DNA of 61,650 bases from Thermoanaerobaculia bacterium (GCA_035248585.1 DATFHJ010000254.1:1-61650); one strand, 5' to 3'. Positions 1 through 7,193 are shown, counted from the first letter of the stretch. Notes: generated by a model from the sequence alone, not told the origin. A program made the numbers and translations.

Positions 1-780
1 CATGCCGGCCCAGCGCCCCATCGGCGGGCGTTGTTCGATAAGCCATTGGCCGGTGTGCTCGATGCAGAGGATCGCACGGCGATGCAGGGGGTTGATCTTC
101 GACTTGCGGCGAACCGGGATCTGCTCCTGCAGGCCCGCAGCCTGGGCTTCACAGAAGGCTCGCACCGGGCAGATGAGGCATTGCGGATTGCGTGGTGTGC
201 ACACGGTGGCGCCCAGCTCCATCATCGCGGAGTTGAAGTCGCCGACTTCCTTTCGGGGGAGGATTTCTTCGGCTCGTTGCCAAAGACGTGCCAAAGTCGC
301 CTTCTCGCGCGGGTCGGACTCGATTTTGTCGATCCGGCAGAGCACGCGGGCGACGTTGCCGTCGACGATCGGCGCGCGCTCGTTGTACGCGATCGACGCG
401 ATCGCGCCGGCGGTATAGCGCCCCACGCCGGGCAGCGCCATGAGCGCGTCGAGCGTGCGCGGCACGACGCCGTTCGCCGCGCGCGCCGCCGCGTGCAGCA
501 TCCGCGCGCGGCGGTAGTAGCCGAGTCCCGACCACGCCGCCATCACATCCTGTTCCGTGGCTTCGGCGAGCGCGCGCAGCGTCGGAAAGCGTTTGACGAA
601 CCGCGCAAAATACGGGAGCACGACTTCCATCCGCGTCTGCTGCAACATGACCTCGGAGACCCAGACGTGGTACGGCGCGTAGCGCTTGCGCCAGGGGAGA
701 GGTCGCTGGTGTTTCGCGAACCACGACTCGATGCGGCGCGCGAGGCGGGGAAGGTCCGTAGCTTGCAAACCTGCCGTCAT
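1..780 (-). CDS. mutY: A/G-specific adenine DNA glycosylase MutY (C-terminal part runs off the window)
   Basis: My translation of the minus strand from ATG at 780-778: MTAGLQATDLPRLARRIESWFAKHQRPLPWRKRYAPYHVWVSEVMLQQTRMEVVLPYF...SGLGYYRRARMLH...LPGVGRYTAGAIASIAY...CTPRNPQCLICPVRAFC (HhH-GPD plus Cys cluster). Absent from the ORF track because there is no stop inside the window. Confidence 0.85.
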   Translation of the reverse strand, partial: MTAGLQATDLPRLARRIESWFAKHQRPLPWRKRYAPYHVWVSEVMLQQTRMEVVLPYFARFVKRFPTLRALAEATEQDVMAAWSGLGYYRRARMLHAAARAANGVVPRTLDALMALPGVGRYTAGAIASIAYNERAPIVDGNVARVLCRIDKIESDPREKATLARLWQRAEEILPRKEVGDFNSAMMELGATVCTPRNPQCLICPVRAFCEAQAAGLQEQIPVRRKSKINPLHRRAILCIEHTGQWLIEQRPPMGRWAGM

Positions 781-815
781 TGTATTCTTCAGTTCGTTCC
801 GCGAGAGGACTATCG

Positions 816-1601
816 ATGAGTGAGCAGGCGCAGCCCGAAACCGAACAGGGCAAATACGTTTACTGCATCATCAAAACCGACACGCCGCGCGACTTCGGCG
901 GCGTCGGCATCGGCGGCCGGAGAGACCGCGTCTACACCGTGCATTACCGCGAGTTCGCGGCCGTCGTTTCCAACTGCCCGCTGATCGTCTTCGATCCCAC
1001 GCGCGAGAACGCGCTGGCCCACGAGCACGTGAACGAGCTGGTGATGAAGGACTTCACCGTCCTGCCGATGAGCTTCGGCACGGTCTTCCGCACCGAGAAC
1101 GACATCAAAGAGTTCCTCAAGGGCACGTACGAGGCGCTCAGCGACGTGCTCCAGAAGATGGAAGGGAAGATCGAGTTCGGTCTCAAGGTGAATTGGGACA
1201 AGGACCAGGTCATCCGCGAGATCGAGACCGAGAACGAAGAGATCCGGCGCCTCAAGGAAGAGATCTCGTCCAACACCTCGACGTCGACGTACTTTTCGCG
1301 CATGCAGCTCGGCCGCGTCGTCGAGTCGGCGCTGCAGGCGAAAGCCGACGCGTACGTGACGGAGATCTACGAAGCGCTGCGCGATGCCGCCATCGCCTCG
1401 CGCTCGAACAAGCCGATCGGCGACAAGATGATCATGAACGCCGCCTTCCTCGTCGAGCGCGACAAGACGAAGGCGTTCGACGACCAGATCTCCGACATCG
1501 CGAAAAAGTACGAGAACAAGCTCTCGTTCCTCTACACGGGCCCGTGGCCGCCGTATAACTTCGTGAATATCCGGCTCAAGTTGGAGCGCGCGGAGAGATA
1601 G
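816..1601 (+). CDS. gvpF: Gas vesicle protein GvpF/GvpL family (GvpF by position before gvpG)
   Basis: ATG 816 lies 6 nt after AGAGGA. N-terminus KYVYCIIKTD...YREFAAVVSNCP...FTVLPMSFGTVF and C-terminus LSFLYTGPWPPYNF are typical of GvpF/L. Its stop abuts the gvpG start. Confidence 0.85.
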   Translation: MSEQAQPETEQGKYVYCIIKTDTPRDFGGVGIGGRRDRVYTVHYREFAAVVSNCPLIVFDPTRENALAHEHVNELVMKDFTVLPMSFGTVFRTENDIKEFLKGTYEALSDVLQKMEGKIEFGLKVNWDKDQVIREIETENEEIRRLKEEISSNTSTSTYFSRMQLGRVVESALQAKADAYVTEIYEALRDAAIASRSNKPIGDKMIMNAAFLVERDKTKAFDDQISDIAKKYENKLSFLYTGPWPPYNFVNIRLKLERAER

Positions 1602-1925
1602 TTGGCCTTCATCCTCGACGACATCCTCCTCCTCCCCATCAAGGGGCCGATCGCCGGCTTCCGCTGGATCATGTCGACGATTCAGAAGATGGCGGACGAG
1701 GAGCTGATGAACGATCAGCCTTGGAAGGAGCGGCTGATCGAGCTGCAGATGCAGCTGGAGCTCGGCGAGATCAGCGAGGAGGACTACACGCGCGAAGAGG
1801 CGGTCGTGTTCCAGGCGCTGCGGGACATTCGCGCGCGGAAGGAAGCGATCGCGCGCGAGTACGCCGCGCAGCAGGGCGAAGAAGACGGCGGGATCGGCAT
1901 TTACACTGGCTACGGTGATCGATGA
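1602..1925 (+). CDS. gvpG: Gas vesicle protein GvpG
   Basis: TTG start directly after the gvpF stop. MAFILDDILLLPIKGPIAGFRWIMSTIQKMADEELMND...LIELQMQLELGEISEEDY matches the GvpG pattern. Confidence 0.8.
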   Translation: MAFILDDILLLPIKGPIAGFRWIMSTIQKMADEELMNDQPWKERLIELQMQLELGEISEEDYTREEAVVFQALRDIRARKEAIAREYAAQQGEEDGGIGIYTGYGDR

Positions 1926-2039
1926 CTTACAGTTTATCCCGCGCGTAGACGCGGGATCTCCTCGTGCAGCGCGGTGCCACCGGAGATGCCGCGTCTGCGC
2001 GCGGCATAAACTGAGAAACTGGCTACGGTGATCGATGAC
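1905..2039. mobile_element. Miniature hairpin-pair (MITE/BIME-like) insertion with a 22-bp flanking direct duplication
   Basis: ACTGGCTACGGTGATCGATGAC occurs at 1905-1926 and again at 2018-2039, bracketing a 91-bp insert (1927-2017). The insert ends are 32-bp inverted repeats: 1930-1961 CAGTTTATCCCGCGCGTAGACGCGGGATCTCC versus the reverse complement of 1982-2013, 29/32 identical. Each arm is an 8-bp-stem hairpin. No ORF inside. Confidence 0.55.
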
Positions 2040-3704
2040 GAGCTGCGCGCGCTCTCCTCGCGCCGCGTAATCCTCTTCGGCGGCAAAGGCGGCGTCGGAA
2101 AAACGACGCTCGCGTCGCACGCCGCGAACGTCCTCGGCGCGACGCTCCTGAACATCGAATCGCTCGACGCGCACGCGCTGTACCGGCGCTTCCTCGATCA
2201 GCATCTCGAGCAATTCATCGAGATCGGCGACCGCGGGACGTATCTCGATCGCGAAGAGCTGCGCCGCTTCTTCGAGCTCTCGCTCCCCGGCGTCGACGAG
2301 CTGATGGCCTGGATGCACATCGGCGAGCTGGTCGAAGAGAACGCCGGCCGCACCGTCGTCGTCGACACCGCGCCGACCGGCCACACGCTGCGCATGCTCT
2401 CCTCGTCCGAGCACTTCCGCCAGCTCGCGCTGGCGCTCGATGCCATGCAGGAGAAGCATCGCGCGATGGTGCAACAGTTCACGCGCCGCGTGTCGCGCGA
2501 CGCGCTCGACACGTTCATCGAGGACTTTGATGCCCGTGCGAAACGCTACCGCGCGCTGATCGATACATTCATTCCCGTCACGCTCTCGGAACCATGGGTC
2601 GTAGAGCAGACGGTGCGTCTCATTAACGAACTGGAAGGCATTGACGTCCCATTCGTCGTACTCAATCGCGCCGTGCATGACATCGACTGCAAGCTCGATC
2701 GCGAGCGCGCGAAGCGCGACGAGGCCGCGCGGGCGAAGTTCAAGAAGGTCGTTGATTTTCCGAGGTCGTGCGTACCGCTTTGGAATCGTGGAGCGGCGGG
2801 CTTTAGCCCGCCGAAACAAACCCGGCGGGCTGAAGCCCGCCGCTCCACATTGACGTTCTTCGCAGGCAAGGGCGGCGTCGGAAAAACGACGTGCGCCTCT
2901 TCGATGGCGTTGCACCTCGCGCAAACGCGGCGCGTGACGCTGCTCTCCGTCGATCCCGCGCACACGGTCCGCGACGTGTTCGCGCACGAGCCGCCGCCGG
3001 CGAATTTGACGGTCGAGGCGATCGACACGAAGGCGAAGTGGCGGCAGTTTCGCGCGACGCTCGGCGTGGAGATCGATCGCGCGCTCGACGCGCTCACGCC
3101 GAGGGGGATGACGCTCGGCTATGACGCCGAGGCCATGCAGCGGCTCGTCGAGATCGCGCCGCCGGGAGCGGACGAGCTGTTCGCCATCACGCGACTCGCC
3201 GACCTCGCGAACGAGGAAATCGTCATCGTCGACACCGCGCCGACCGGCCACTTCCTGCGCCTGCTCGAGCTCCCGCAGCAGGCCGGCGAGTGGGTGCGTG
3301 AGTTCATGCGCCTCCTCCTCCGTTATCGCGATCTCATCCCGCCCGGTTCCCTCGGTGAAGAGCTCGTGCGTGCCTCGCGCGCGTTGAAAGAGCTCGACGA
3401 AACGCTGCATTCGGATAAAGCCGCCGTGATCGTGGTGACGCGTCCCGAGCCGGCTGTCATCGACGAAACGAAACGGCTCATCGACACGCTGCAACAGCGC
3501 GGCATCACGATCGGCGGCGTGATCGCCAACTACGTCACACCCGAGAACGAGTGCAAGTGCGATCAAACGATCCGCGGCTACGAGCTGGAGGCCCTCGCTG
3601 CGCTCGACGTCACCCACACCATCGAGCGCAGCGACGAGCCGCCCATTTCATTGCAGCGACTTGAGCGCATCGGCGGCGCGCTTGTACGCCGGATCGAGCC
3701 GTAA
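2028..3704 (+). CDS. Tandem-domain ArsA/Get3-family P-loop ATPase (anion-transporting ATPase-like)
   Basis: Two homologous halves, each with GKGGVGKTT (Walker A) and DTAPTGH motifs (GGKGGVGKTTLAS...VVVDTAPTGHTLRML; FAGKGGVGKTTCAS...SVDPAHT...IVIVDTAPTGHFLRLL). GTG start lies inside the duplicated 22-mer. A repeat element is translated at the inter-half linker. Confidence 0.85.
   Translation: MIDDELRALSSRRVILFGGKGGVGKTTLASHAANVLGATLLNIESLDAHALYRRFLDQHLEQFIEIGDRGTYLDREELRRFFELSLPGVDELMAWMHIGELVEENAGRTVVVDTAPTGHTLRMLSSSEHFRQLALALDAMQEKHRAMVQQFTRRVSRDALDTFIEDFDARAKRYRALIDTFIPVTLSEPWVVEQTVRLINELEGIDVPFVVLNRAVHDIDCKLDRERAKRDEAARAKFKKVVDFPRSCVPLWNRGAAGFSPPKQTRRAEARRSTLTFFAGKGGVGKTTCASSMALHLAQTRRVTLLSVDPAHTVRDVFAHEPPPANLTVEAIDTKAKWRQFRATLGVEIDRALDALTPRGMTLGYDAEAMQRLVEIAPPGADELFAITRLADLANEEIVIVDTAPTGHFLRLLELPQQAGEWVREFMRLLLRYRDLIPPGSLGEELVRASRALKELDETLHSDKAAVIVVTRPEPAVIDETKRLIDTLQQRGITIGGVIANYVTPENECKCDQTIRGYELEALAALDVTHTIERSDEPPISLQRLERIGGALVRRIEP
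2788..2848. repeat. Family-1 double-hairpin palindromic element, copy A (intragenic, in frame)
   Basis: GTGGAGCGGCGGGCTTTAGCCCGCCGAAACAAACCCGGCGGGCTGAAGCCCGCCGCTCCAC. Read through as ...[20 protein letters not shown]... in the ArsA-like ORF. Confidence 0.9.
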
Positions 3705-4706
3705 CGCGCGCTCGTACTCCGCGCGTGCCTTCGTCTTGTCGCCTGCCGTCGCGTACGCGCGCCCGAGGCCGAAGGCGGACGTGGCGGCGTTCGGATAATC
3801 GCGTGCGTTTGTTTCGAGCAGCGCGATCGCCGCGGCGTGATCGCCCATCTTGAGCATCTGATAGCCGATGGCTTCGATGCCGGCGCGCGTGTCGACGTCG
3901 GGATAGGTCTCGCGAAAATCGGCGTAGCTCCACCGCACCGCCGCCGCGTCGGCGCGCTCGTTATAGAGCTGCTCGAGCAGCGTTTGCAGGCGCGAGCGCG
4001 AGTACTGCGGCGGCAGGAACCACGACGCCGGCAGCTCGCGGTTGATCTCGATTTTGCCCCACTGCATCGAATTCAATTCTTTCCCGGTCGCGAGATCGAC
4101 TTCGTAGGCCTTGAACGGAATCAGCACGCCGCTGACGTCTCTCCAGTCGCTGAAGCGTCCCTCGGTTTTCACGCTCTCGCCGAACGCATGCACGGGCGCG
4201 TGGTAGCGATCCGCGAGGAGAAGAAAGTTTTCTTTGTCGATGAAGTAATCGTGCGCGAAATCGTCGCGCGTCGTGACGATGACGCGATAGGCCGGGCGTC
4301 CACCGATCGTCTCCTCCGCGCCGAGCTCGACTCGCGAGCCGTGGCCGCGAAGCTCGCCGAGGCGCCAGTCGATGTACGTGCCGCGCCGCGCCGCGCCGGC
4401 GGCGTGGCCGATCGTGCGCACGACGACGCCGGGCTCGCGATAGAACTCCCACGGGCTGCCGTCGTATCCCTCCATGATGTCGGCGTTCCCCTCGGGGTCT
4501 CCGACGAGGCGGTAGAACGGCCGCGCGAAGGCCATGAACGCGTTGCCGCTGCCGGTGTAGCTGCCCTCGTGATACGTGCCGCGGCTGAAGACCAGCGTGC
4601 GGACGGCTTTGATTTTCTCGGCGCCGCCGCGCGCGGCGAGATGGCGGTCGATGACTTCGTTCACGGTGAGGGCATGTAAGAGGAGAAGTAAACTGAGCTT
4701 GTGCAT
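3648..4706 (-). CDS. Secreted LolA-like (outer-membrane lipoprotein-sorting-like) protein with C-terminal TPR
   Basis: Start at MHKLSLLLLLHA (signal-like), followed by LTVNEVIDRHLAARGGAEKIKAVRTL, typical of LolA-like sorting proteins. C-terminus DHAAAIALLETNARDYPNAATSAFGLGRAYATAGDKTKARAEYERALRLDP is TPR-like. High GC3. The upstream part of the 452-aa track ORF is antisense to gvpL. Confidence 0.7.
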   Translation of the reverse strand: MHKLSLLLLLHALTVNEVIDRHLAARGGAEKIKAVRTLVFSRGTYHEGSYTGSGNAFMAFARPFYRLVGDPEGNADIMEGYDGSPWEFYREPGVVVRTIGHAAGAARRGTYIDWRLGELRGHGSRVELGAEETIGGRPAYRVIVTTRDDFAHDYFIDKENFLLLADRYHAPVHAFGESVKTEGRFSDWRDVSGVLIPFKAYEVDLATGKELNSMQWGKIEINRELPASWFLPPQYSRSRLQTLLEQLYNERADAAAVRWSYADFRETYPDVDTRAGIEAIGYQMLKMGDHAAAIALLETNARDYPNAATSAFGLGRAYATAGDKTKARAEYERALRLDPAYKRAADALKSLQ

Positions 4707-5468
4707 GTCCTGTACGTGTACTGCCTGACGCGCGGCCCGGTTAGTCCGGAGACCGAGGGCGTCGATCAAACGCGGCGCTTTGGAACGGCGTCCATCGACG
4801 GCGTGAGCGCGGTCTTCACGGCCGTGGACGCCGAGGCCTTCTCGCAGGAGACGATCGACCAGCGTGCGAAGGATCTCGAATGGCTCGGCGCGATCGGCTA
4901 TCGCCATCAGGCCGTGATCCAGGACGTGATGAAACAGAGCGCGGTGATTCCGCTGCGCGCATTCACGCTGTTCAGCAGCGAAGAAGCGCTGCGCTCGTAC
5001 CTGCACGAAAACGCGGAGATGCTGCGCCGCGCGCTGGAGCGGCTCGAAGGGAAGCAGGAGTGGACGCTGCGCGTGGAGGTGGAGCCGGCGCGCTGGAGCG
5101 AAGCGCTGGTGGCGCGCGTCGACTCACTGCGCGAGTTGCAGCACCAGATGGAGCAAGCCGCGCCGGGAAAAGCGTTCCTGCTGCGCAAGAAGCTCGAGGA
5201 TGAGAAGAAGCGCGCGTCGCATGCGGCGGAAGAGGCGCTGGTGGCGGAGATCGAGCGCGAGGTGCTGGAGCGGCTGCGCTGCGAGACCGTGGCCGAGTCG
5301 CGCGAGCGGCGCGACGGCGCGTTTCCGCAGATCAACGTGCTGATCGAGCGCGATGAAGAAGCGACGCTGCAGGAGCTGCACGCCTCGCTGACCGACCGCT
5401 ACGCCGGCGAGGGCGTCGCCCTTGCACTGACGGGACCGTGGCCGCCGTATACGTTTGCGCATGCCTAA
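4701..5468 (+). CDS. gvpL: Gas vesicle protein GvpL/GvpF family (GvpL by position before gvpS)
   Basis: MHVLYVYCLTRG...GVSAVFTAVD...AVIPLRAFTLF...VALALTGPWPPYTF. GTG start. Overlaps the 5' end of the antisense gene by 6 nt. Confidence 0.8.
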   Translation: MHVLYVYCLTRGPVSPETEGVDQTRRFGTASIDGVSAVFTAVDAEAFSQETIDQRAKDLEWLGAIGYRHQAVIQDVMKQSAVIPLRAFTLFSSEEALRSYLHENAEMLRRALERLEGKQEWTLRVEVEPARWSEALVARVDSLRELQHQMEQAAPGKAFLLRKKLEDEKKRASHAAEEALVAEIEREVLERLRCETVAESRERRDGAFPQINVLIERDEEATLQELHASLTDRYAGEGVALALTGPWPPYTFAHA

Positions 5469-5637
5469 TCAAGAAGAAGAACTGAGCGTGCTGGAAATGC
5501 TCGATCACCTGCTCGATCGCGGGGTGGTGATCGCAGGCGAAGCCGTGATCTCGATCGGAGACGTCGACCTGCTCTACCTCGGCCTGAACGTCGTGCTGGC
5601 GAACGTCGACGCGGTCATGCGCGTGTCGAAGCGATGA
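5461..5637 (+). CDS. gvpS: Small GvpA-family gas vesicle protein (GvpS/GvpM-like)
   Basis: ATG 5461 overlaps the gvpL end by 8 nt. LSVLEMLDHLLDRGVVIAGEAVISIGDVDLLYLGLNVVLANVDAV carries the GvpA-family core. Confidence 0.7.
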   Translation: MPNQEEELSVLEMLDHLLDRGVVIAGEAVISIGDVDLLYLGLNVVLANVDAVMRVSKR

Positions 5638-6257
5638 AACACGTCGCGGTCGGCGTGCATCTGCGCCGGGAAGACATCGAGCCGCTCGCGACGCCGATCG
5701 CCGCCGGGGAGCTGTTCTTCAGCGCCGTCGCCGTTCCCGACGATCAGCCGCTCGGCGATCGCGATCTGCTTGTGCGCGTGGCGAACGTTCGCGCGCAACT
5801 ATTGGAGCGCGCGACGTTCATCGCCGTCCGCTACGGCTACACGTTCGCGCGCGAAGTCGATGCGCAACAGCTCGGGCGATGGAAGCGGGTGCTCGAAGCG
5901 AATTCGGACCGCGTCGAAATGACGATCAAAGTCGCAGCGGCTTCGCCTCGCCCGCGGCCCGACCGCGCCGCGTTCACGAGCGGCGCGGAGTATCTGCGCG
6001 CGCTGCACGAGGCGACGCAGGGCGCGGCGGCCGATCCGCGCTTTCGCGAGGAAGCGGAGCGACTGCTGCTGCCGCACGCGGTGCAGTATCGCTGGACGCA
6101 TCGCGACGAGAAATCGCTCGAGCTGACGTTGCTGGTCGCGCGCGGAGACGTTGACGCCGTTCGAAGTGCGGGCGGCACGTTGAAAGAAACAGGCGTCCCG
6201 TTTTTGCTGTCGGGACCGTGGCCGCTGGAGGCGTTCGCCGATGCTGATCACGAATGA
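5634..6257 (+). CDS. Divergent short GvpF/GvpL-like protein (third paralog)
   Basis: ATGA overlap with gvpS. ELFFSAVAVPDD...ATFIAVRYGYTF and C-terminal VPFLLSGPWPLEAF mirror the motifs of the other two GvpF/L proteins. Only 207 aa. Confidence 0.6.
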   Translation: MKHVAVGVHLRREDIEPLATPIAAGELFFSAVAVPDDQPLGDRDLLVRVANVRAQLLERATFIAVRYGYTFAREVDAQQLGRWKRVLEANSDRVEMTIKVAAASPRPRPDRAAFTSGAEYLRALHEATQGAAADPRFREEAERLLLPHAVQYRWTHRDEKSLELTLLVARGDVDAVRSAGGTLKETGVPFLLSGPWPLEAFADADHE

Positions 6258-6564
6258 AGAACAGGAGCTGCGCCAGGCGCTGACGTTCACGGAGTCGATC
6301 GTGCCGGAGCGGATCTCCGCCGATTCGGAGATCGTGGAGAACGGATTGGCGAAACTCGTTCTGTCGATCATTGAGCTGATCCGGCGCCTGCTGGAGAAGC
6401 AGGCCCTCCGGCGCATGGACGCGGGCAATCTGACGGAAGAAGAGATCGAGCGGCTCGGCAACGCGCTGATGAAGCTCGAAGAAAAGATGGCCGAGCTCAA
6501 GCGTGTGTTCGGCCTCAGCGACGAAGACCTCAACTTGAAGCTCGGTCCCGTGAAGACGCTGTGA
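6241..6564 (+). CDS. gvpK: Gas vesicle protein GvpK
   Basis: GLAKLVLSIIELIRRLLEKQALRRMDAGNLTEEEIERLGNALMKLEEKMAELKRVFGL...DLNLKLGP is the canonical GvpK core. Confidence 0.85.
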   Translation: MLITNEEQELRQALTFTESIVPERISADSEIVENGLAKLVLSIIELIRRLLEKQALRRMDAGNLTEEEIERLGNALMKLEEKMAELKRVFGLSDEDLNLKLGPVKTL

Positions 6565-6579
6565 TATTTTCCGCCGCGC

Positions 6580-6903
6580 ATGCCCATCGATGATCGGGGA
6601 GTGGTGCAGCGGCAGCCGCAGGGCCTCGTCGATATCCTCGACAAAATTCTGGACAAGGGGCTCGTCGTCGCCGGCGACGTGAAGGTGTCGCTGGCGAACG
6701 TAGAGCTCCTGACGATCCAGCTTCGCCTGGTGATCTGTTCGATCGACAAGGCCGAAGCGATCGGCATCAACTGGTGGCGCTCGGACCGCTTCTACTCGAG
6801 CGATCCGAAGGCGCTGCACGGTGCGGAGGAGTACGACGAGCTGCGCAACCGCATCGCCGAGCTCGAACGTCAATTGAGTACCCGAGAGAGGAAAGGTAGG
6901 TAA
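6580..6903 (+). CDS. gvpJ: Gas vesicle protein GvpJ (GvpA family, extended C-terminus)
   Basis: GLVDILDKILDKGLVVAGDVKVSLANVELLTIQLRLVICSIDKAEAIG. Confidence 0.8.
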   Translation: MPIDDRGVVQRQPQGLVDILDKILDKGLVVAGDVKVSLANVELLTIQLRLVICSIDKAEAIGINWWRSDRFYSSDPKALHGAEEYDELRNRIAELERQLSTRERKGR

Positions 6904-6906
6904 GTC

Positions 6907-7191
6907 ATGGCTGTTGAACGCGCACCGGGCGGTACCAGTCTCATTGACGTACTCGACCGGATTCTCGACAAAGGCATCGTCGTCGACGCATGGGTGCGCA
7001 TCTCCCTCGTCGGCATCGACCTGATTACCGTTGAGGCCCGCGTCGTGATCGCGTCCATCGATACGTACCTGAAATACGCCGAGGCCGTCGGCATCACCTC
7101 CACTGTCGCGCGTCCCGCGCTGGGACCGGGCGAAGGCGGGGGCGTGGGAGCGACCACGGCGGCAGCGCCCGCCGGCGTCACGCGGCCGTAG
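6907..7191 (+). CDS. gvpA: Major gas vesicle structural protein GvpA
   Basis: [52 protein letters not shown] is near-canonical GvpA. About 25 aa of Gly/Ala/Pro-rich C-terminal tail follow. Confidence 0.9.
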   Translation: MAVERAPGGTSLIDVLDRILDKGIVVDAWVRISLVGIDLITVEARVVIASIDTYLKYAEAVGITSTVARPALGPGEGGGVGATTAAAPAGVTRP

Positions 7192-7193
7192 TG

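Noticed and set aside
1930-2013. The two 32-bp hairpin arms (CAGTTTATCCCGCGCG...CGCGGGAT...) superficially resemble type I-E CRISPR repeats.
   Set aside because: There are only two copies, in inverted rather than direct orientation, separated by 20 nt. No further repeat-spacer units or cas genes are in the window. A miniature inverted-repeat element explains them better.
810-3617. 935-aa minus-strand ORF spanning gvpF, gvpG and most of the ArsA-like gene. Similar long ORFs occur at 12597-14486(-), 14541-15698(-), 37737-39929(-), 48967-51360(-), 52230-54431(-) and 28203-29798(+).
   Set aside because: These are Arg/Asp/His-rich, motif-free translations lying antisense to genes with clear conserved motifs (SecA, Lon, PBP1A, Mla, M28). 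They are typical shadow ORFs of high-GC DNA.
2028-3704. Possibility that the ArsA-like ORF is two separate single-domain genes split by the repeat element.
   Set aside because: The 61-bp element contains no stop codon in the reading frame, and the frame is continuous from the first to the second P-loop. I keep it as one tandem-domain ORF, although expression as one chain is unverified.
816-7191. Search for a GvpN-type AAA+ ATPase, GvpC repeats or GvpO inside or next to the gvp locus.
   Set aside because: The only P-loop motifs in the locus belong to the ArsA-like protein. No 33-residue GvpC-type repeats or other candidate ORFs remain unassigned. A location elsewhere in the genome cannot be excluded from this window.
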